Source: an uncultured Fastidiosipila sp.
Lineage (GTDB): Bacteria > Bacillota > Clostridia > Saccharofermentanales > Fastidiosipilaceae
Direction of reading: 5' to 3'
Length of the DNA: 32,414 bases
Assembly (NCBI GenBank): GCA_964499555.1
Contig: CAZCLL010000005.1
Location: 1,781-34,194 of the forward strand
Under the pieces are notes generated by a model. It was not told the DNA's origin. It did not search any database and saw only the letters and a program-made list of their open reading frames with translations. Position 1 is the first letter of the stretch, and every line of letters begins with the position of its first letter. A program made the position numbers and the translations under genes. This document shows, piece by piece, positions 27,058-32,414 of the stretch.

Positions 27058-28335
27058 TTACAGATCGCTGGGGCCAGCAATGACACCCTTCACTGCAGAA
27101 CTCGCCGCTGTGACAGGGGATGCCAAATAGACTTTCGCACCGGGGTGACCCATACGGCCGACGAAATTACGATTGGTCGTGCTGACGCAGATTTCTTTGT
27201 CCGCCAGAACGCCCATATGGCCGCCTAAGCAAGGACCACAAGTCGGTGGGCTAACCACGCAACCGGCATAGATGAAGGTATGAAGCAAGCCTTCTTCCAA
27301 GGCTTGGCGGAACACCTTCTGCGAACCTGGGATGACAATGCAACGGGTTCCTTGGGCAACATGTCTGTCCTTGAAGATCTCGGCAGCAGCCCGTAAGTCC
27401 TCAATTCGACCGTTCGTGCAAGAACCGATGACGACCTGGTCAATGGCAACCGGATCGAAGGTGCCGAGTGCACGACCGTTGGAAGGTAAACTGGGGAAAG
27501 CCACCATCAGCGGAATCTCCGAAAGATCGATCTCATAACGGCTGACATAGTCGGCATCTTCATCGGGTTCATAAATCTGATAATCCCCAGCTGCGAAGCG
27601 CTCCGGATTTTTCTCTTGTAAGTAATCCAAGAGGATCTGATCAACCGGGAAGATGGCGTTCTTGCCACCGGCTTCAATGGCCATGTTAGCAATCGTCAAA
27701 CGATCCGACATCTGAAGAGAGGAGACACCCGGGCCGGTAAATTCCATGGAGCGATAGAGTGCACCGTCCACGCCAATTTCACGAATGATGTACAAGATCA
27801 AGTCTTTCCCGGAGACAGGGGCCTGCAGAGCACCAGTCAAGTGAAATTCCATGGCTTCCGGGACGCGGAACCAAGTTTCACCCGTCGCCATCGCACAGCC
27901 TAAGTCCGTGCTGCCGACACCCGTTGCGAAAGCACCCAAGGCACCATCGGTACAGGTATGGGAATCTGCGCCAATCAGGACATCCCCCGGGAAAATCATG
28001 CCGTTCTCGGGCAGGATCATGTGCTCAATACCGAAATCTTCTTCGCCTTGCTCGAAGTAGTACTTGATCTCCTTCTCGCGGGCAAACTCTCGCATTTCGC
28101 GTGCGTTATTCGCGGCCTTGATGTCCTTGTTCGGAGCAAAGTGCGAAGGGACCAGAGCAATCTTCTCCTTGTCGAAGGGTTCTAGCCCCATCGCCTTCAG
28201 TGTGTTGATCGCCGGCGGCCCGGTTACATCATTTGCCATCACCATATCGACGCGAGCTTCAATGAGCTCCCCGGCATGTACGGTGTCTCTGCCGCAATGC
28301 GCGGCCAAAATCTTTTGCGTCATTGTCATTCCCAT
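27058..28335 (-). CDS. leuC: 3-isopropylmalate dehydratase large subunit (~420-aa type)
   Basis: Aconitase-family Fe-S ligand motifs DSHTC, GSCTNGRIEDLR and CGPCLG. GGAGG lies 10 nt upstream of ATG 28333-28335. Confidence 0.92.
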   Translation of the reverse strand: MGMTMTQKILAAHCGRDTVHAGELIEARVDMVMANDVTGPPAINTLKAMGLEPFDKEKIALVPSHFAPNKDIKAANNAREMREFAREKEIKYYFEQGEEDFGIEHMILPENGMIFPGDVLIGADSHTCTDGALGAFATGVGSTDLGCAMATGETWFRVPEAMEFHLTGALQAPVSGKDLILYIIREIGVDGALYRSMEFTGPGVSSLQMSDRLTIANMAIEAGGKNAIFPVDQILLDYLQEKNPERFAAGDYQIYEPDEDADYVSRYEIDLSEIPLMVAFPSLPSNGRALGTFDPVAIDQVVIGSCTNGRIEDLRAAAEIFKDRHVAQGTRCIVIPGSQKVFRQALEEGLLHTFIYAGCVVSPPTCGPCLGGHMGVLADKEICVSTTNRNFVGRMGHPGAKVYLASPVTAASSAVKGVIAGPSDL

Positions 28336-28460
28336 AAGTGAAAATCCTCCATTTGTCTCACTAGGATAGCACGTGTATAGGAAAAAGCCTGCCTTTCACT
28401 CTTCCTTTTCAGATCCAAATTCTTCACCTTTTCATACTTCTGCGCCGTAAATCCGCCTAT

Positions 28461-28468
28461 GATAGAAT
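28461..28468 (+). promoter_or_regulatory. Candidate extended -10 element (TGaTAGAAT) for the ABC-F gene
   Basis: tatGATAGAATgg read directly, about 40 nt upstream of the ABC-F start. No convincing -35. Confidence 0.3.
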
Positions 28469-28514
28469 GGCAGAAAAGATCATGAATGTTTTCTGACAGG
28501 TGTCCAAGCTTTTT

Positions 28515-30443
28515 ATGAGTGTTGTAACGATCAAGGATATAAGTAAAAGTTATTTTTCGCAGCCGATTTTACGGCAAGTCAACCTAACGATAGAAGAAGG
28601 CGACCGCATTTCGCTGATTGGCGAAAATGGGAGCGGCAAGACCACCCTGATGCGCATCATCGCTGGTGTAGAGACTCCAGATAGCGGAACCATACAAATC
28701 GCTTCTGGCATCCTATTTTCCTACCTGTCCCAGCAGATGGAAGAATTCACGGACCTTTCTGTCCCTGTCCTCTCTGCGACCCACTTAGACAAGATCCAGG
28801 CTAGGGTAGAAGAAATCACTGGAGCGCTGGCTTTGGCCGACGAAACAGAACAAGTTGCCCTTATGAAGGAGTACCAGCACTTAACCGAGGCCTTCGAACG
28901 TGCGGGCGGCTACACCTACCTTCCCCGCTTAGCCGCTGCCCTGGCGAGGCTCGGAATCTCGGGGGAGTACTTGGATCGGCCAATCGCCTCCCTGTCCGGT
29001 GGCGAACGAATGCGTGTCCTCTTGGCGAGGCGCCTGCTGGAGAACCATGATTTTCTCATGCTCGATGAGCCGACGAACCACTTGGATTTGGACGGCCTAG
29101 AGTGGCTTGAGGAGTACCTCCTCTCCTATAAAGGCACCCTCCTCTTCATCTCGCACGATCGCTATTTCATCGACAAGATTGCAACGAGAACCGCCGAGCT
29201 CTCTGCCGGGAAGCTCACGGTCTACAAAGGCAATTACACCGCCTACCAGGAGCAAAAAGAACGGCAAACCGAGTTTACGAAGCTCACCTTGGAGCGACTT
29301 CAGGAAGAAAAGAAGCGCCAAGCCGAAGTCACCCAAACCATGCTTTCTCACCGCAAAATGGCCTCCTACCATGCGCGCGAGAAGGTCGTGGCGAAACTCG
29401 AGGACCAGATCAATGACGTGAGGCAGAAGCTTCCCCAATCGGAGAGGCGGATGAATTTCCGTTTCGTACCCAGGCAAGATAAGCGCGACAAAAACCGCGT
29501 GCTCCTGTCCATGGAGGACGCCAGCATGTCTTGGGACGGCGAAACCACCCTCTTTTCTGAGGTCAATCTAGAACTGAAGGCTACGGAGAAGAAGGTCTTG
29601 GCCGGCCCCAATGGTTGCGGTAAGTCCACCCTGCTCGCGATGATCATGGGCAAGATCCAGACCTTTTCCGGTGAACTCACTCTGGCGCAGGACATCCGTT
29701 TCGGGCACCTCGGCCAGTACGCCGAGTTTCCGGACGAGTCTAAGACTCTCCTTGAAGAGCTCCAGGACCGCACCGACCTTCTGGAGGGCGAGGCTAGAAA
29801 TCTCCTCGCTCGTTACGGTTTCCGCGAAAATGACGTCTATAAAGAGATCAACGTCTTGTCCGGCGGCGAGCGTTCCCGGCTCTACCTCTGCTGCCTTCTG
29901 GAGGAAGAACCTGATATTCTCTTCCTCGACGAGCCCACCAACCACTTGGACATTCATTCTCGGGAGGTTCTAGAAGACGCGATCACCAACTTCAATGGGG
30001 CCGTGCTAGCCGTCAGCCATGACCGCTACTTCATCGAGAAATGCGGTTTCGCCGTGCAAGGCTTCATCAAGGGGCACGTCACTTCCTACCAAAGCTACGC
30101 CTCCTACCGCCACTTTGCCCGCCTCGCCGAACAGCAAGTTCTGCCGCAAGAGCCTGCCACTCCGGCTTTGGCCAAAGCCTATGCCCCTACTACCGGCAAG
30201 CAAAACCTCGTGAAACTTCGCCGCGAGAAGCAGAAACTCGAGCGGGAGAGCCGTGAGTTGGAAGAAGAAATTGCCCAAACGGAAGCCGCACTCGCTGAGA
30301 AAGAAGCCGAACTTCAAGGCCAAGACCCAAAGGCCTATCAAGACTACGCCGACCTAGAAGCCCGCTTGGAAAAGCACTATGAGACTTTCTTCCTGATAGG
30401 CCAAGAAATTGAAAAACTGACCACCCTTCTGGCCGAAGAATGA
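28515..30443 (+). CDS. ABC-F family ATPase (two ABC domains, inter-domain linker, C-terminal coiled coil)
   Basis: Walker A GENGSGKTT and GPNGCGKST. Signatures LSGGERMRV and LSGGERSRL. Walker B LMLDEPTNHLD and LFLDEPTNHLD. No transmembrane domain. The start could instead be GTG at 28500; neither has a clear SD. Confidence 0.9.
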   Translation: MSVVTIKDISKSYFSQPILRQVNLTIEEGDRISLIGENGSGKTTLMRIIAGVETPDSGTIQIASGILFSYLSQQMEEFTDLSVPVLSATHLDKIQARVEEITGALALADETEQVALMKEYQHLTEAFERAGGYTYLPRLAAALARLGISGEYLDRPIASLSGGERMRVLLARRLLENHDFLMLDEPTNHLDLDGLEWLEEYLLSYKGTLLFISHDRYFIDKIATRTAELSAGKLTVYKGNYTAYQEQKERQTEFTKLTLERLQEEKKRQAEVTQTMLSHRKMASYHAREKVVAKLEDQINDVRQKLPQSERRMNFRFVPRQDKRDKNRVLLSMEDASMSWDGETTLFSEVNLELKATEKKVLAGPNGCGKSTLLAMIMGKIQTFSGELTLAQDIRFGHLGQYAEFPDESKTLLEELQDRTDLLEGEARNLLARYGFRENDVYKEINVLSGGERSRLYLCCLLEEEPDILFLDEPTNHLDIHSREVLEDAITNFNGAVLAVSHDRYFIEKCGFAVQGFIKGHVTSYQSYASYRHFARLAEQQVLPQEPATPALAKAYAPTTGKQNLVKLRREKQKLERESRELEEEIAQTEAALAEKEAELQGQDPKAYQDYADLEARLEKHYETFFLIGQEIEKLTTLLAEE

Positions 30444-30472
30444 TCAGTTCTCTTTATTTTTTTTGTCAGCGC

Positions 30473-31066
30473 TTAGGCCTTGTAGTCTACGAAATAGGCT
30501 CTTTCGATGGTGGGATAGGCGGTGAGTTTACCGGCCACGTAATCACTCATGATCTTGTCAATCTGATCCATCCCTTCGATGACCTTGCCGAATGCGGCGT
30601 AGTTGCCGTCTAAGTGCGGGGCCGCCTCGACACAGATGAAGAACTGCGAACCGGCTGAGTCATAGTCCTGGGACCTAGCCATGGACACAACGCCCTTTTC
30701 GTGGAGGAGGGTGTTGTTGACGCCATTCGCCGTAAACTCGCCCTTAATTTCGTAGCCCGGCCCCCCTCGGCCATTGCCCTCCGGGTCGCCGCCTTGAATC
30801 ACGAAGCCTGGTTCTAAACGATGGAAAATGAGTCCATTGTAGAAGCCTTTCCCCACCAAGTCCTGGAAATTCTTTACCGTGATCGGGGCGATTTCTGGGT
30901 AGAGCTCAATCAGGATCTTTTCCCCGGTTTTGAGTTCTATTCTCACGTAATTGGTGGCCTCCTGGCTTTCTGGCGTTTCCGCAGCCCGTGAACCACAAGC
31001 CGCCAAGGTCCAGCCCACCAGTAGGACAGCTAGGGCTAGGGCTAGTTTTCTCATTGTCATTTTCAT
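30473..31066 (-). CDS. Peptidyl-prolyl cis-trans isomerase, cyclophilin-type lipoprotein
   Basis: Lipobox LAACGS. Cyclophilin motifs FHRLEPGFVIQGGDP, MARSQDYDSAGSQFFI. GGGAGGAAG SD. Confidence 0.9.
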   Translation of the reverse strand: MKMTMRKLALALAVLLVGWTLAACGSRAAETPESQEATNYVRIELKTGEKILIELYPEIAPITVKNFQDLVGKGFYNGLIFHRLEPGFVIQGGDPEGNGRGGPGYEIKGEFTANGVNNTLLHEKGVVSMARSQDYDSAGSQFFICVEAAPHLDGNYAAFGKVIEGMDQIDKIMSDYVAGKLTAYPTIERAYFVDYKA

Positions 31067-31084
31067 GTACTCGCTCTTCCTCCC

Positions 31085-32347
31085 TTACACCGAAGGCCAA
31101 AAACCTTCTAGGGTTGCAAAATAATCTTCCGGAGTTTCTGCGCGCCGGATTAACTGCCAGCTGCCGTCCGCCATCAGCATGACTTCTGCCGACCGGAGTT
31201 TCCCGTTGTAGTTATAGCCCATCGCGAAACCGTGGGCACCAGAGTCATGGATGTAGAGATAATCACCGGGTTCTGATTCGGGAAGCTTACGGTCTACCGC
31301 AAACTTATCATTGTTTTCGCAGAGGCCGCCTGTCACATCGTAGACCGTAACGAGTGGCTGGTCTTCTTTACCCAGAACGGTAATGTGGTGATACGCCCCA
31401 TACATGGCCGGACGTAAGAGATTGACCGCACATGCGTCGACCCCTAAATAATTTTTATAGGTCTCTTTGAGGTGCAAGACTTTTGTCACTAACGCACCAG
31501 CAGGTCCGAGAAGATAGCGGCCAAGTTCGGTGTAAATGGACGCCTCGCCCAAGCCAGCCGGAACCATGATTTCTTCAAAAGCCTCTTTTACCCCATTCCC
31601 TACAGCCTGAATATCGACTTCTTCCTGGTCTGGACGGTAAGGAATGCCGATGCCGCCGGAGAGGTTGATGAAGGAAATGGTAATGCCAAATTCCTCGTGC
31701 AAGTCCTTTGCGAGGGTAAAGAGCGTGCGAGCCAAAGCCGGATAGTAGTCATTTCCAATGGCATTACTGACCAGGAAAGCGTGAATCCCAATGGCCTTCG
31801 CCCCGTTCGCTACAGCCAATTGACAGGCTTCCCGAATCTGGCTATCCGTCATCCCATACTTTGCATCGCCCGGATTATCCATGATGCCGTTCGCCACTTC
31901 GTAGACGCCACCGGGGTTGTAGCGGAAGCAAACCAGCTCGGGGAGCTGATCGTTCACATGCTCCAGATAATACGGGATATGTTTGAGATCATCGAAATTG
32001 ATGATGGCGTGTAGTTCCGTCGCCTTGCGGAAATCTTCCGCCGGCGTATCATTCGCCGAAAACATGATCTTCTCCGCTTGGAAACCGGAACGCTCCGACA
32101 TCATGAGTTCCGTCAACGAGGAACAATCTACGCCGCAGTTCTCTTCACGAAGCACGCGCAGAATCTGCGGATTCGGTGTGGCTTTTACCGCGAAATACTC
32201 GCAGTAGCCAGGGTTCCAAGAAAACGCTTCTTGCAAGCCTCTGACTCTTCGTCTGATTTCCTGTTCATTGTAAATATGGAAAGGTGTGGGGATTTCGGCA
32301 GAGATCTTCTGTGCCTGATCCAGGCGTAACCAGGGTGTTTTTGTCAT
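31085..32347 (-). CDS. lysA: Diaminopimelate decarboxylase (PLP-dependent Orn/DAP/Arg decarboxylase fold)
   Basis: PTPFHIYNEQEIR...YFAVKATPNP (PLP lysine), GGGIGIPY, and CENNDKF near the C-terminus. AAGGAGA SD. The substrate assignment is by similarity only. Confidence 0.8.
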   Translation of the reverse strand: MTKTPWLRLDQAQKISAEIPTPFHIYNEQEIRRRVRGLQEAFSWNPGYCEYFAVKATPNPQILRVLREENCGVDCSSLTELMMSERSGFQAEKIMFSANDTPAEDFRKATELHAIINFDDLKHIPYYLEHVNDQLPELVCFRYNPGGVYEVANGIMDNPGDAKYGMTDSQIREACQLAVANGAKAIGIHAFLVSNAIGNDYYPALARTLFTLAKDLHEEFGITISFINLSGGIGIPYRPDQEEVDIQAVGNGVKEAFEEIMVPAGLGEASIYTELGRYLLGPAGALVTKVLHLKETYKNYLGVDACAVNLLRPAMYGAYHHITVLGKEDQPLVTVYDVTGGLCENNDKFAVDRKLPESEPGDYLYIHDSGAHGFAMGYNYNGKLRSAEVMLMADGSWQLIRRAETPEDYFATLEGFWPSV

Positions 32348-32391
32348 CGTTTTTTCTCCTTACTTTCATTGAGGCCAGTGCCGCAAGAGAG

Positions 32392-32400
32392 ATTGTACCA
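32392..32400 (-). promoter_or_regulatory. Candidate extended -10 promoter (TGgTACAAT) for lysA
   Basis: The complement of 32392-32400 reads TGGTACAAT, about 45 nt upstream of the lysA ATG. Any -35 would lie at or beyond the window edge. Confidence 0.3.
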
Positions 32401-32414
32401 CCGAACGCGCCTCC

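Noticed and set aside
28336-28499. Leucine leader-peptide attenuator or T-box upstream of leuC.
   Set aside because: There is no run of Leu codons, no specifier or T-box sequence, and no terminator hairpin with a U-tract. The region holds only a CACGTG palindrome and weak -10-like hexamers.
30435-30464. Terminator between the convergent ABC-F and cyclophilin genes (a T8 run at 30457-30464).
   Set aside because: Only a 4-bp stem (AGAA/TTCT) precedes the T run, which is too weak to call.

Overview
This looks like a chromosomal, housekeeping-dense segment of about 52% GC. It uses GGAGG-type Shine-Dalgarno sites, and I cannot assign a taxon from sequence alone. I support 25 protein-coding genes, 24 of them on the minus strand, tightly packed and often joined by 4-nt ATGA/GTGA overlaps. 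In window order they are: rpsB (truncated at the left edge), a two-gene unit (opine-dehydrogenase-family oxidoreductase plus a B12-binding-domain fusion protein), a GNAT acetyltransferase, an SOS-box-controlled dinB plus a coupled 86-aa ORF, smpB, a dut-tsaD-metallophosphoesterase unit, a long U32-family protein, GTP-type PEPCK, rsmA, the TIGR03960/TIGR03936 radical-SAM pair, pgi, a DUF4080-type radical SAM protein, ilvB, ilvD, leuB, leuD, leuC, one plus-strand ABC-F ATPase, a cyclophilin lipoprotein and lysA. I found no rRNA, tRNA or tmRNA genes, no transposase or integrase, no cas genes, and no recognisable defence or toxin-antitoxin proteins. The one stretch that ordinary genes do not explain is 6886-7978. 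It is a more AT-rich, roughly 1.1-kb gap containing eight exact-period 63-bp tandem repeats. These look superficially like a CRISPR array but are not one. They read best as a decayed or interrupted minus-strand ORF of 21-aa Cys/Asp-rich repeats, in the same frame as the upstream metallophosphoesterase gene. Other items worth a second look are the B12-binding/opine-dehydrogenase pair, the dinB-coupled small ORF, and two radical SAM units of unknown function. I do not see convincing evidence of a complete novel multi-gene system. All family names are assigned by eye from motifs and need database confirmation.
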